From: Azolla caroliniana
Lineage: Eukaryota > Plantae > Polypodiophyta
Length of the DNA stretch: 64,000 nucleotides
Assembly (NCBI GenBank): GCA_043228905.1
Contig: JBHGNT010000010.1
Location: 20,956,001 to 21,020,000, forward strand
Direction of reading: 5' to 3'
Shown: in pieces, positions 50,268 to 63,089 of the stretch
Position numbering within the stretch: position 1 is the stretch's first letter
Layout: every line of letters starts with the position of its first letter
Made by a program: the position numbers and the translations under genes
The notes under the pieces: generated by a model
Seen by the model: only the letters and a program-made list of their open reading frames with translations
Told to the model about the DNA's origin: nothing
Database searches by the model: none

Positions 50268-50600
50268 AAGGAGCCTTATTACTTCTTTGAACTCTACTCA
50301 CACAAGTTAGGTGTTGAGATCGTAGCATCATGGCATACATTACTCAGCCAAGTACAAAGACATGCAATGTGCGTAGTGAAAACCTAGTGGAAGATGAATA
50401 TCATTGGCTTCATGATGCATGCTCAACACGTAAGGCGATTGACAAGAAGTATGGTGAGATCGTAGCATCATGGCATACATTACTCAGCCAAGTACAAAGA
50501 CATGCAATGTGCGCAATGAAAACCTAGTGGAAGATGAATATCACTGACTTCACGATGCATGCTCGACATGTAAGGCGATTGACAAGAAGTATGGTGTATG
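50268..50600 (+). mobile_element. LINE ORF2 C-terminal (CCHC-type) remnant with a ~140-bp tandem duplication; probable target of the LTR insertion
   Basis: HKLGVEI...W...KTCNVRSENLVEDEYHWLHDAC resembles the LINE C-terminal motif SHxLxIExGRW...CxxC...EDExH...C. The block tgagatcgtagcatc...aagaagtatggtg is duplicated. Confidence 0.6.
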
Positions 50601-50674
50601 GGTAGAAGGCCATGATGATTAAAGTGTCTCGAGTCTCGGAAGGAGTTTTTAAGAGAGAGAGAGAGAGAGCCTAG

Positions 50675-50747
50675 ATGGATGTAGCTCAATTAGTAAGGTT
50701 GCCCAATGGAAATTAGGTGGTCATGGGTTCAACCCCTACATTCCACA
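50675..50747 (+). mobile_element. tRNA-derived SINE or tRNA pseudogene
   Basis: Box A-like tagctcaattag and box B-like gggttcaacccc at tRNA-like spacing. The stems are degenerate, so this is not a functional tRNA. Confidence 0.45.
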
Positions 50748-51341
50748 GTGGCATCTAGTGAAATAACGAACCCAAGATGTAGTGTTACTAGTGTAAACGA
50801 CTTACCACTAGGGTAAAAGGTAATTACGATAATAAGAGAGCGAGAGAGAGAGAGAGATGTTACCCCACCTCCTCCTTTGGAAGGAATTACGTACAAGAAG
50901 ATGATATGCTATGTTGATGATTTGTGTCCCACACGTCAAATTTCGCCTCCCTCGTGGACAACAGAAAAAAACTAGTCTATATTCTATAATACTATACATA
51001 CTCTCTTTTTCTCTTTTCACTTTCTCTAGGGTTTATTTTAGGGTTTCTCGTCAACTCTGCATGTCTCGTTAAAGCCCCCCCCCCCTCAAGCCTCATTAAT
51101 ACGCGTGCTCTCCTCTTTCCATATCTGGCTCAGGTTTCTTCTTTCCTTTTATAGCCGTTCCCTCCACTCACGAGCGCGGGGGGAAGAAACGAAAGAGAGT
51201 TTTCCTCCTCGATTTCGTTTTGTTTCTTTTCTTTGATTTTTGATCTGCTTCTCAGGCATATGAAGTTCTCTTAGGCTATACATTCGAACGTTTTCTTCCG
51301 TACTAGTTGCAGAAGAAGGAATTCAGCAAAGAAAGAATTCC

Positions 51342-51789
51342 ATGGCTCGTGCAGGCGGAGTAATTAATTATCCTGTTTTTCTGGAGATGGATCAATCCTG
51401 GAGCAGGAAATATGGTCTAATTAGCACTATTCTGCATGGATCTTGGTGGGAAACCGATTCAAGGACATGGCAAGAAAGCGTATTCTACACGCTATGTGGA
51501 GCTTATTCTTTGCTTGCTGCAGTTACACTGGTAATATGCCTCTCTCTCTATATATATATGTCATATTTTTTTGTTCCATTCAGTATTCGCGATGAATGTA
51601 TGTTAATTTTTACGTATACATATAGATATGGATGCATATAATAGCATAATGGCATACTCATAATACTTCATATATGGAGTATATGGTTGTATTGCATGTC
51701 AATCATTTTGATATGCCTCTCTTTCCATAAGTATTGTATGTTAGTTTGGTTCCATCTGATGAATGTAGACGGAACATAGTTGTATATTG

Positions 51790-51825
<36 letters not shown>

Positions 51826-54800
51826 TATATTATATTATACTAGTTTTGTCTCTGTGCGTGTCACTTTTGTGTGCCTCAGTTTTGTATAGTGATATTGACT
51901 TGCTCCATGGTATTTTCACGTGATAATATATGTATATGTGTTCCATTTGGAATGAACTGGTCTGTTATGTTGTGCAAGGTAATTGCTTCTGTTTTATTTG
52001 CAATTCAAGGGAGTGGTTAAGCATAATAAACAATGGAAGTGGATTTATTCATGAAATGTGGCATGCGTTGCATCTAATGTATGCTTAAAGTTAATGAAGC
52101 TTTGAAGCAAAAGAAACATGTGTGAGTTCTTAGTCATGAAATCTGTTCATGTACCATTCTGATGTACCCCAGCGTTCAGTTGAATGTTAAATAAATAGAT
52201 GTTGATATTCTTGCAGCAGTGAAAGTTTTTTGGGATGGAATTGATTTCGATTGTTTCATTGGTGGTCTAAATCCATAGTAGGTAATGGTCAGGCTGTTTT
52301 GGATTGTATGGTATATTCTGTATATATCGAGAAAGGCAAGTTCAATGCCAATTGTACTCTGCTGTCATCTTTTCGTTAGGAGGAACAAGAGAATTCTGTA
52401 GATCTCCCTGAAGGTCCTGTGTTGTGTGATGAAATTAATGTTGGATTCAAGGGATGCATGTTAAATTCTGAAAAGGAAATTCGATAGATTATATGTTAGC
52501 TAATGTTTTCTAATTTACAGTGACCATACTATTGTTTTCCTATTGAATCTATACACCTACATGTGTTCAAAGGTGACAGATCACTGTCAAATTTCAATAG
52601 ATATGGTTTGTTTAGGTTCTTAAATGTGAATCTTGCAGATTAGGACCAGCAAAGAAGTTTCTTTTTTATTAACACACCAAAGTTTTCTGATACTGTCAAA
52701 TTTCAATAGATATGGTTTGTTTAGGTTTTTAAATGTGAATCTTGCAGATTATGACCAGCAAAGAAGTTTCTTTTTTATTAACACACCAAAGTTTTCTGAT
52801 ATGGTTTGTTTAGGTTGTTAAACGTGAATATTGCAGATTATGACAAGCAAGGTTGTCTTTTCATGTGTCCTGAGATATTACCAGACCAATCCTTTCCATT
52901 TTGATTATGCATATACTTGAAAGCCATGCTAACAGATTTGTGATAGTAAAGGTGACATTACTATCTTTTTGTGATAAACTTACTGATATTATGTATCAAA
53001 TACTAGATGCTGGCTATCCCCTTCATATATGGGATACTAAATGTAGCTACATCTATGACATACTACACTAAAGTTTATCCTCACTTATGTTTTAAAAACT
53101 CTAGTCTGTAAGATTCAAGTCTTTTAGGTGCTGTAACATTGATGACTTGGGTATGGATAAATTACGACTCAAAAAAGTGTGAATAAGTCACATGTAACTC
53201 ATCTCTAACATTTTGTCTAGGTTGTATGATGACACTCATTAGATGTGAACAATTCATTTGTAGCTTAGCACTCATCTATTCTTTAGGTTATAGAATGATG
53301 ATAGTTCAGCAGTCAAGAACTTGATTTGAGTGAGTACAATAACAATTGTCCAACACAAATATAGCTATTAAAATTTCTTTTATATATATAAAGATTATAG
53401 ATGCTGATTTAAGTCGAATAGTAATCAAAAGATGAAACATAGTATGTCCTGCGCTGAATGTGTATTTTTTGTCCCCTGATGCATCTATCTGTGTCATTTT
53501 GTTGGGTTTTGACGTATTTATATTCTGAAAACTCTTAGCATAAGGCGCAATGCCAAATGCATATGGATATTTCACCATTAAATTTGTTACATATTTAGTG
53601 GTTAACTCAAACAATTGCTTATCTACTTGACTTTCACGTTTTTCAGTTGACATCTCTTTTGGATACATGTAATGTTGAGAAATTTTAGGGTTTTGAAGTA
53701 GGTACGGCTGAACTCTTAACAGAAGGTGCAATGACAAATGCATATGGATATTCATGATTAAATTTGTTACAAATCTTAGTGGTTAACTGGAACTATCGTG
53801 TATCTACTTGGCTTTCATATTTTTCAATTTGCATCTCTTTTGGATGCATGCAGTGTTGAGAAATTGTATTGAAATAGAAACTAGAAATTCTCAACAACTT
53901 AAGTTAAACTATGCTTTCCTTCGATAATAGCTAGAGAAAATATGATAACTTGAAGTTAAACTATGCTTTCCTTCGATAATAGCTAGAGAAAATATGATAA
54001 CTTGATAATTGCTTACTTCGTGCTCAATATTTTGTCAGTCTCAACCAAATCTATACAGCTAGGATTTTGCTTTTGTTATTCCTCAAGCTGTCCGTATTTA
54101 TTTTTAGAGAGAATTGAGTATGATAATTGGATCTTGTCTTGTTTTATGCTGAATAGATTCAACTAGTACGCATTGAGATACGTGTGCCAGAGTATGGTTG
54201 GACTACTCAAAAGGTTTTCCATCTGATGAACTTCTTAGTGACTGCTGGTATCTCACTTTCCTAGCATGTCTTGTTGTCCTTTTTATTGGTTTTGTTTTAA
54301 TTGTTGATTTTAACATCTGCAGCTCGAGCACTGGTCTTTGGCTTCTTTGAAAGTGTCTTTTCATTTAGAATCAAGGTAAATTCTTTCAGAACAAATGTTT
54401 ATATCTTGAGTTCCAGATATATTCTAAGCTTTTGGTTTTAATTGTGTCAAGTGCTATTGCAGATTCTGAGTGCTATCCTGCTAGAACTTCCAGGACTTCT
54501 TTTCTTCTCTACATATACCCTACTTGTTCTCTTTTGGGCAGAAATATATTACCAGGTATGAGTTGATTGTTTACTGACTGAGTGTAGTTTTTAAACTTCA
54601 GATAAATCTTAACTGTAATTGTGCTTAAAGAGCATACAAGAGACTAATTTGCCTGTCCCAGAGACTAATTAGCTGCATTACAAAACAATACATAACCTGT
54701 CCTTGTGTCAGCTCTGTGGCTGTAAACAACAATACATAAATCATGGCCAACCCATGTACTTCCTAAACTACATCAATGCGTCTTGAGGACAGTTTGACAA

Positions 54801-57800
54801 GTGGAATCATATCCTTGATCTAATGGGACGTGAGCCCATGCATTTTAGTTCTTTATGCATAGAGACTTTCATGAATTGTCACAACCTAATTATGTTCTGT
54901 GTGTCAGAATAAATGTGGTGTTTCGTGAAGAAGGTGATATGATTAACAAAGGTGTAGTGTGATAGCGTATGTCCCTCCACCATAGGGCATGCCCTTATAT
55001 AATTCCCCCATGCATAAGTGCTGCTGGGCATGTCCACCCCCTTGCCTACTCAAAATTAATGTTGTGTGTCCATTCTCACACCCAAGGACATGTTAAGTGT
55101 GGTTCCATAATGCTTTTGATCATGACATTAATGATGTGTTGTAAACATATGAACTCTTGTTTCTTTGGTATTAAAACAAGAATTCATGTACTCATCAAAA
55201 CATGATGAAAGAGGGGAGATAATTGTGAGCAATTTCTAAATTCTAGGATATTGTAGTAGGCTTGTATATATATATATTTGCTGAGGTTAATAAGGTCTCT
55301 AATCTTTCTAGTTTTGTGATTGCATAGTAGCAACGGGCTTATTAAGAAAATATGTCATGTATTTGCCGTAGATAAATAGAAGCCTTCATTTGATGTGAAT
55401 ATACACATCCCCACTATAACAACCAAAGTTGGAGCTTTGTTAGAAAGAGTTCTTCCATATAAGCTACCTTATTTTTTTCCTAGCAGAGTGCTGGATTTAG
55501 AACCCAAGGAGAGGTTTTTCCAGGTATTCACAAGGCGGATGCTCCAGCGCCCTTCGATGATGCATTGCATCAGGCATGAAACTGTAACTTGAAGGTTACA
55601 AATCCCTTGTAGAAGTTACCATTGAACTGTCAGTTTTCAAATGAATTGTTTACAGGCTTCTGTTATACATAAACTACTTTTTTTGCAATATGTTTGGAAG
55701 TTTGATTGTTCTTTAATACTGCTTTTAATGGAGATTCAGAACTAACAACGGATACAGTGCGTTCATGTTGCTGTATTATAATTGCAAGATTGAGCAACTT
55801 GCAGTTGTCTCTAGATAATAAATAATGGACGGTCTTCCTTGGAATGAATAGGCTATATACAGCTTTTAACGGAGATTCAGACCTAACAGTGGATACAGCT
55901 AGTTCATGTTGCTGTATTATAATTGCAACGTTGAGAAACTTGCAGTTGTCTAGATAATAGATAATGAAAGGTCTCCATAGAATGAATAGGCTATATAATA
56001 GTAACAATCGGCAACGGTACCGCGAAACTGTGGTTTAAACGGTTAAACGGTTTTAAAATTTAAAAAAAAAAGTAAAAATTGTTTTTAAACAATCTTTTCA
56101 TTTTCTTGCCTTATTCTCATATTTTAGGAAAATCTTTAAAATTTTAAAAATTTAAATAATGAAAATTTTAAAATTTTAAAAATTGACCTAAGCTGAAACC
56201 GAAACCGAACCACGAAACCGCAGTTTTACCAGTTTAATGGCTCAACGGTTTGAATTTTTTTAATGGTTCGGTGTAACGGTTTCATGGTTCGGTTTAGGTT
56301 TCAATAATTTTGAACAGTTTGGTTTGGACCCTCTTGAACCAAACCGTTGCCGATTGTCATATAATAGCATGGCCACAATCATGTTTGGTGCATTTATATT
56401 CACTGTTTAGCAATATTATTATAAATCCTAGCTATGGGTTGAAATTCTAGCATCAAAGCTATTATATATATATATTTTTAATCTTAAGATCACATGTACT
56501 CGTTACACTCATAACAGGCACGGAGCATGCCTACAGAAAATCTTCGCCCTTTATTTCTTGGAATAAATGGTGCGATTTATGTCATACAGGTACAGATGTA
56601 ATGTTCATGACAAGTAGGAACTCCTATACATGTATCTGAAATGCCATGATCTAATTGAGGATCTTTTGTCTGTTAGATCATAATTTGGGTCTGGGAATGC
56701 GTAAGTTATAATGCAGTTACTCAAGTTGCAACAAAAACATTTTTTGCAGGTAAGCACTTATCAGATGTACTTAAATTGTTTCCAAATAAATAGATTCCAA
56801 GATTGGAGATTGACATTTGTATTGTTTTGACATGTGCATATATTGCTAGAATAGGAACATGCATGTTCTGAACGTAGTGATGTGTTGGCCTGAACCTCAT
56901 AGGTGTATTAAGACTGAGTATTTTACAACATGGATTTAGTTTTTTGCCTCTTATTCCTCAAAGAAAATAACTCCTTTACAGAAGCTGTTTTGTCAAAACC
57001 ATTAGTTATCCAAAGCTTTTTTAGTTCACCCATATTTGTTCTTAATAATTCTCCTTCCTAAAGCATCTTTTCTACTATACATTGATGTCTGCAGTTGTAT
57101 CATGTTTTGCTGCTATAGGCTTTGCTATATATGGAGGGAGGTATGTTGACATCTAAATAAGAATCAGAGTTTTCTATGCTTTTGAATCAAACTGTTTCAA
57201 CAATAATTTGGCCAGGTTATTTTTTATGCTAAGACGATTCCCATTAGAGTCGATAGGGCGTCAAAAGAAGCTTAGAGAGGTGCACCTTTGAAACCTGAGT
57301 ATTATAACGTAAGGTATTGCTATTATAACATTTTCATTGTTTTAGTTTTGGCTAATGTGCATGGGTTTATGAGCAGGTTGGATTTATAACGACTGTGTGC
57401 TTTACTTGTTTTATCATCCGAACGGTTGTGGTAAGATTCTTTCATTCTTTCCATTGAATGTGAGTTCCATGGAAAGAGCAAAAGAGCTTTCAGTATCAGA
57501 GTAATATTTGTATTGTGTTATTATTTGTTTATTGAGATACTCATATGTTAACCTGGCAAATGAAGTTGTTTTTTGTTAACCTGGCATATGAAGATGTCCA
57601 CATTGTCTTTCATTGGTTCTAGTCTATTTTTTATATTTTAATCTATTCATTTAGAATCCGTTGCTCCCATCAATCCATTAGGTTCTCATCCCCATTATTC
57701 GAGGTGTAGTATTGCAAGGAAGTTTTAAATTTAAGGGTGTCAAAATTTACGACTTCTGATCGAAGTTCTTATGAATCTACGAAGTTCCTTTTCTGATGTT

Positions 57801-58694
57801 CTGATTCCGGAAAGGTCATTGTTAGGATATAAAAATGCTAGTATGTTTTAAAAAAATGTGATGGCAAAACAGTTTGAAAAAGTCACCCCTTTCTGATCCT
57901 GTGGCTCCAAAAGTTCATTATTATTTGAAGCAAGTGTTAGTCTTATATATAAACAGTGGTAGCCAAATATGGTAATTAAAGTCCTGAAAAACCAGAGACC
58001 CAAGTTTCTTTAAAAATGTGTTCTATACACCCTTTCTGATCCCCATGATTCCACAAGTTATTAAAACAAATGCTAACGTTTCATAAAAGATTGGTAACCA
58101 AGTGGTAATAAAATTTTCGAGAATATGTTAAAACAAATAGCAAAATATTAATTCAATATTTAGATATTTCAACTAGGGAAGTGTCTTCTGGATCTCTTCT
58201 GCGTTTCAATGATGACTATGAGGGCTGTAAATTGCATCGATCAAATCATCAAACAATGGATTACCCTGTTTTAAATCTAGGAAAGTGTCTTCTGGATCTC
58301 AGCAATATGTGTTGAAGCTTTGCAAATGAGTTCAAAACATATGCTAACAAGGCTTAGGTCAAATGTCATTCGATCCTAAATTATCCTTTTTTATAGTTTC
58401 GAAGTGGGTTTTTAATCAATCAGGTTGCTGAACTTTCAGGTTGCTTTTTCAGCATTTAACGCAAAGGCTGACTTGGATGTGTTATATCACCCCCTTCTAA
58501 ATTTACTCTACTACATGGTAATGGAAAAGTTTTTAAATAAAACTCGTCTTTGGTCTTTTTAACTTGTAGCCATAGATTTGATTGTAATTACTTTCATATA
58601 GGTGGCTGAAATTTTTCCTTCAGGGCTTGTTCTTTATATTCTCCGTAAGCTTCCTCCAAAGCGTGTAACAGCTCAATATCAGCCTATCAGTTAG
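51342..58694 (+). CDS. TOM1: Tobamovirus multiplication 1 family (TOM1/TOM3/THH1, DUF1084) multi-pass membrane protein; 11 exons
   Basis: Exons 51342-51530, 54157-54247, 54323-54375, 54463-54555, 56518-56589, 56677-56749, 57095-57140, 57216-57279, 57377-57430, 58440-58517, 58602-58694, all in frame. Motifs: [78 protein letters not shown]. Confidence 0.96.
52584..52850. repeat. ~108-bp tandem repeat, ~2.5 copies, in TOM1 intron 1
   Basis: gatatggtttgtttaggtt...aaatgtgaatcttgcagatta...ccagcaaagaagtttc repeated. Confidence 0.9.
55700..55995. repeat. ~140-bp tandem duplication in TOM1 intron 4
   Basis: gcttttaa.ggagattcaga.ctaaca..ggatacag...gttcatgttgctgtattataattgcaa...aatgaataggctatata occurs twice. 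Confidence 0.85.
56002..56359. mobile_element. hAT-type MITE, copy 2 (358 bp), in TOM1 intron 4
   Basis: TIRs TAACAATCGGCAACGG...CCGTTGCCGATTGTCA; 8-bp TSD TATAATAG at 55994-56001 and 56360-56367; colinear with 5923-6330. Confidence 0.9.
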
Positions 58695-59895
58695 GAAACT
58701 TAAATATCAGTAAATATAAGAGGTTAGGCAGCAAGATAAAGTATGGGTAAACCTCATTTGGGTAGACTCATTTTGATGCACTTATCTACTGGTATGTATC
58801 CACTTGATCTCTATTGGCAATAGCAACTATAACCAGATTCATCTCTTATGAGAGAGCTCTTAGGAGGATGGAAATCAAGCTTGTCAAACACTGTCAACTT
58901 CCAACACTGGCTAAACAAGTTCTTCACAAAGTTTGTGAGTAATTAGCTTTTGTGATATACAGAAGCTGTGTAAATATGGCTTTTGTTATATATGAAAGTG
59001 ACTTGTTCATTGAATTGATTTGAAGAGTAGCTTTTGTTATATATATGAAAGTGACACTTGTTCATTGAATTTATTTGAAGAATACACACAAAGCTTGGAC
59101 ACAGTTCTTAGGTTCTACTTGTGAATGCAGCCTAATTGAGATGCTTTGTCAATTGCATGTAGTAGATGTCAAATTAAAGTTAATATTCTGGAAACACTGC
59201 CACCCTAACAGGAGAATTTGAGGGAAAATAATCTGCCAGTCACTAAACCGTTTCTAGCTTTCTGTTAAATCTCTAAATTTGTGGTGTTGGTCACAGTAGG
59301 TACTCATTGTTTGAAATATGTTTAGTGACAATTGAGCAACTATCATTTACCCACAAGCAAAAGACAATATGTTTTAATTGAAGGATCCTTCAGGATGAGT
59401 TGAACTGAAGCTTTATTTCTATAATCCCTTGTTAAAAAATTGCAGAATTCTATGACATCATATTTTGTTCCCAGTTACCAGACAATTATAATACTCTCAT
59501 AGTTAATTCACAATTATGCATTTGTGTAAACCATGTTCAATTTTGGTATCTGTAGACATAAACAAGAGAAACCAGAATAATTTTTGGCAGACTTTCATGA
59601 AGCTTATATGCTGTTTGCCACGTGAAACCCTGGATTTTAGTTCAAATAGTGAGATTTCGTGTTGCAAGACACTACTTTTATGCTCGCAAGTACATGATAA
59701 AATTTCTGTCTATTTTGCAACATGCATACTCATTTTTACCTCTATTAATGGCAAAACGAAGTTCCCTTTAATTTTGATAAACTCTGCCTATTGGAACATA
59801 AAGTGTACGTATGGATGGTATTGTAATATAAAGCGTTTATTAAATTACCTTGGCAGACCTTACTATTGAGACAGGCTTCTGTTCCTCTGCAACTC

Positions 59896-62800
59896 TCATT
59901 CTTCGGTAGTAGATGGGCAAATCTTCTGAAAGATTGGTAACCGCCTTGGCCGCAGACTTATAATTCTTCCATATGTTTGCAGGTCTTCTAAACATTGATC
60001 ACCTGCACTTTGCATAATACTAGTATTTAGATCTTATGAATATAGTGTTTGTACCTAAACACTTACGAAGGACGATCCCATACTGTTTCATGGTCAGAAT
60101 GTGAATGCTTCACGATGAGACATTCAACCTATGGACCTAATGCCTATATTACGATCCTTTTTCGGCCATAAGCATACCGGGAACTCTTTATGATGAGAAC
60201 ATTTTCGAACTCTTTATGATGAGAACATTTTCAACCTGCTCGTATACAATCACAAAGACGTCATCCTTTCTTCATAATAATATTGTGAAATAACAGAGGA
60301 CGGGATGCTGCTGTTCTATGTGCCGTCACTTTAGTAGTATATCAGAATACTGTGTGATATTCTCAGGATGACAGCATTTATGTCCTATTAATTTGCTTCC
60401 GAATAAACCCAATTGTTGCTATATGATATGTATTTTCTCGTTTCTCGTATAAATATTCATCATGACAGCGAATGTTTAATTAGTAAGATGATAAGACAGT
60501 AGTACTGTTTGTAGTAGATTCACGTCTGAGCTGAGCTTCGGTAGATGTTGATGGATAATTGCTTGCAGAAATAGCCTTTGAGTCAATCTGGTAATTACAA
60601 TATATTTGCGAGGAGAAGAAATCTGTTAAGGGGAAATGCAAATTAAGTGATTGAACAGACCAACAAACCTTGTGCAGTTTCTCAGCAGAATTGGGATGTG
60701 ATACTTCCAATAAGTTGCGCCGATGCTGTGGGATTACGTAACGTCCTGGTGATTCAACATAACCAGAGGCAATCTGTGAAAGACGAACTTTCTGGTTTTT
60801 ACAAAACCAAACACCAATTATATAGTTGACCGCACATTATGTCCCCAAGGATTAAGCAATGGTTGAATAACATAAGAAATTAGACTAGATAACTGCGAAG
60901 TTTATTAGTTCCAGTCAAATCGAGCAGACAAGTGTGAAAAGTTTTAATATTTGATCATCCTAGAGCATTGCTTTGCGGAAACATGTGACAAATCTTAAGG
61001 AAGAATTAATTAGCAACGACTGAATTTTATAAGACCGAGGCCATGCACAGCTGTTATGTTTCTAACGAAATATGAAAGAAAGATCTCACAGATGACACTA
61101 TTTAACCGTCTTGAAGAGCATTACATATCTCTCAAGGAACGTGCATTAATGGATGAAAATTAGAACAAATTACATAGGATGACCTGAGAATATAAATTTC
61201 AACACAAAATCTGTGAAAGAACTAGAAATGTGGCAGTAAAGAAACATTATTAAGCAGAATGCGGCAGTAATGTACTTTCAAAGAAATAGAAATGCTTTTA
61301 AATTCGCAAGAAACTACAAATAAACTGAGATTATGCATTGAGTAATCATCAAACTATTTAACCTCAGAGAGCGCTCGTTTTACCAATATTTCTGTACGTA
61401 ATCTGTCTTTCAATGAGTGGAATTCACAAGAAAGTAGAGACAAACAATGTCATTACGAATGTCTAAGATCAATAGTAAACAATGTTGTATCTCATACACA
61501 TTTGTTTGCATCCACCAGATACACAGTCCGAGTCCGATTCCAAATTAATAAATAATGAGTGAAATTACAAGAATAAAACGTAACATGAGAAGATACGTTT
61601 CTAACTCATTATGTGAGCTCTGTAAACAGAAATAGTAACAATCTTGACCTCCATTAATTTGATAAAAATAAAATCTACAATGTTTAAAATCTGAGAAGAT
61701 GCGCTGCTGAATGTCACAGTAGATATTAAACCAGCTCGAAGAGCACTAAATCATTCCTTATAAACATTTATTGTAAATGAATAGAGCATTTTCATAGTTC
61801 GGACATCCATTAATCCTCGGGAGGCTATGAACTAGCGATGAAAGGTATAAGAAATCAGGCATAACCTCAGAAAACAGATTTCTATCATTACAGCGGGTTG
61901 AAGATAATTCATTGCGTAAAACTTTCTTCTCTAAGGAAGCATAACGAATCAGTTATGTTAAATAATTTTCTACATATGGATAGCATTATTAGCAATTTCG
62001 TAAAGATTAGCTGAAGATGAAACAAGAACTAACGAAGCACTAGCAAAAAATGTCATGGAGGTTTCTTCTATTCGTCCACTAGGGATAGTTGTTGAATGTC
62101 TCCTCTGTTCATTTACAAGTGATTGTTCGTTCATCGAACGTCTCTTCTGTTTATCCATGAAGAATCATTTGCATTCCTAGATATTTTTTCGATTAACATT
62201 TTGTAAACGTTCTTGAAGCAAGAGCAAACGAAGAACAAGCGGAAAAACATTTCAAACATAACTTATGCTCATTCACACGAGGTCAAGAGCATTTTTGTAT
62301 ATAGATTGATGCAGAAAGCTCCGTTGGAAAGAATAACGATCACAACGCCTTGACATACAAGGCGGACAAAGAGGATTTCCACCGTGGATATATTTGCAAA
62401 ATTACAACATATTTGCAGGAATGTAGCACAAATCTCACCTGAAAGTCATGGTCATTACGAACCTCCATGTTTATCGGCTTGATCTTTTGGGAGGAATTAT
62501 AAGAACAACCATATGAGCTTCGTTTGCAGGAATGACTAGTTCCACTGGCCCTAAAGGGCATCTCAATTATTAAGCCGGATATGCTCGATGATGATGAAAA
62601 TCGAATATTCTGATCAGAATGAATTAAGGATAGGTGTCGATCTTTTTTCATATTGCTCGTCCCAATTTTCTTAACCAAAAAACCGTCCATGATGACCACG
62701 TTTTCATCGCGTTGGAAGGTCATCTCCATCTCGGGACTAGACGCAGTTGTATGAGTTGATGCAGAGATATAGCGATGGCGATATTGATCCAAGTTTCTAA

Positions 62801-63089
62801 CAAGCGGTTTCCATGGAGAAACATCGCTTCTGGTAGAAGTAAAACTCGCAGTAATGCTCTGGTTCTGCTTACACGTGTTCATGATGGAAGAAAGAACAGG
62901 GAGTGGGGGAGAATGAGAAGGAGACGAAGGAAGAAGTGAAGAAGAAGAAGAAGAAGAAGAAGAAGAAGAGGGTGGAGAAAAGATATCATAAGGGAAGATG
63001 TAAGGCTCATTTGATGCACAAGGAGGAGGAGATAGTGAGAAATTAGAATGAGGAGGTGAAGGTGAGGCAGAAGATTCCAGGTCTGCCAT
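59896..63089 (-). CDS. TTP/ZFP36-like (CCCH-family) protein with a C-terminal RRLPIF motif; zinc finger apparently degenerate, internal exons unresolved
   Basis: Exon 1 63089-62439 is S/P-rich and contains ENVVIMDGFLV, like ENVLVMDGVLV of plant ZFP36-like proteins. Probable exon 2 starts at 60773 (IASG, resembling FAHG). Terminal exon ~60002-59896 encodes YGRIISLRPRRLPIFQKICPSTTEE*. Confidence 0.62.

Noticed and set aside
1422-63089. Functional gene cluster (several membrane-trafficking and organelle-import genes adjacent)
   Set aside because: The genes act in different compartments and show no shared regulatory signature; adjacency is compatible with chance in a gene-dense region.
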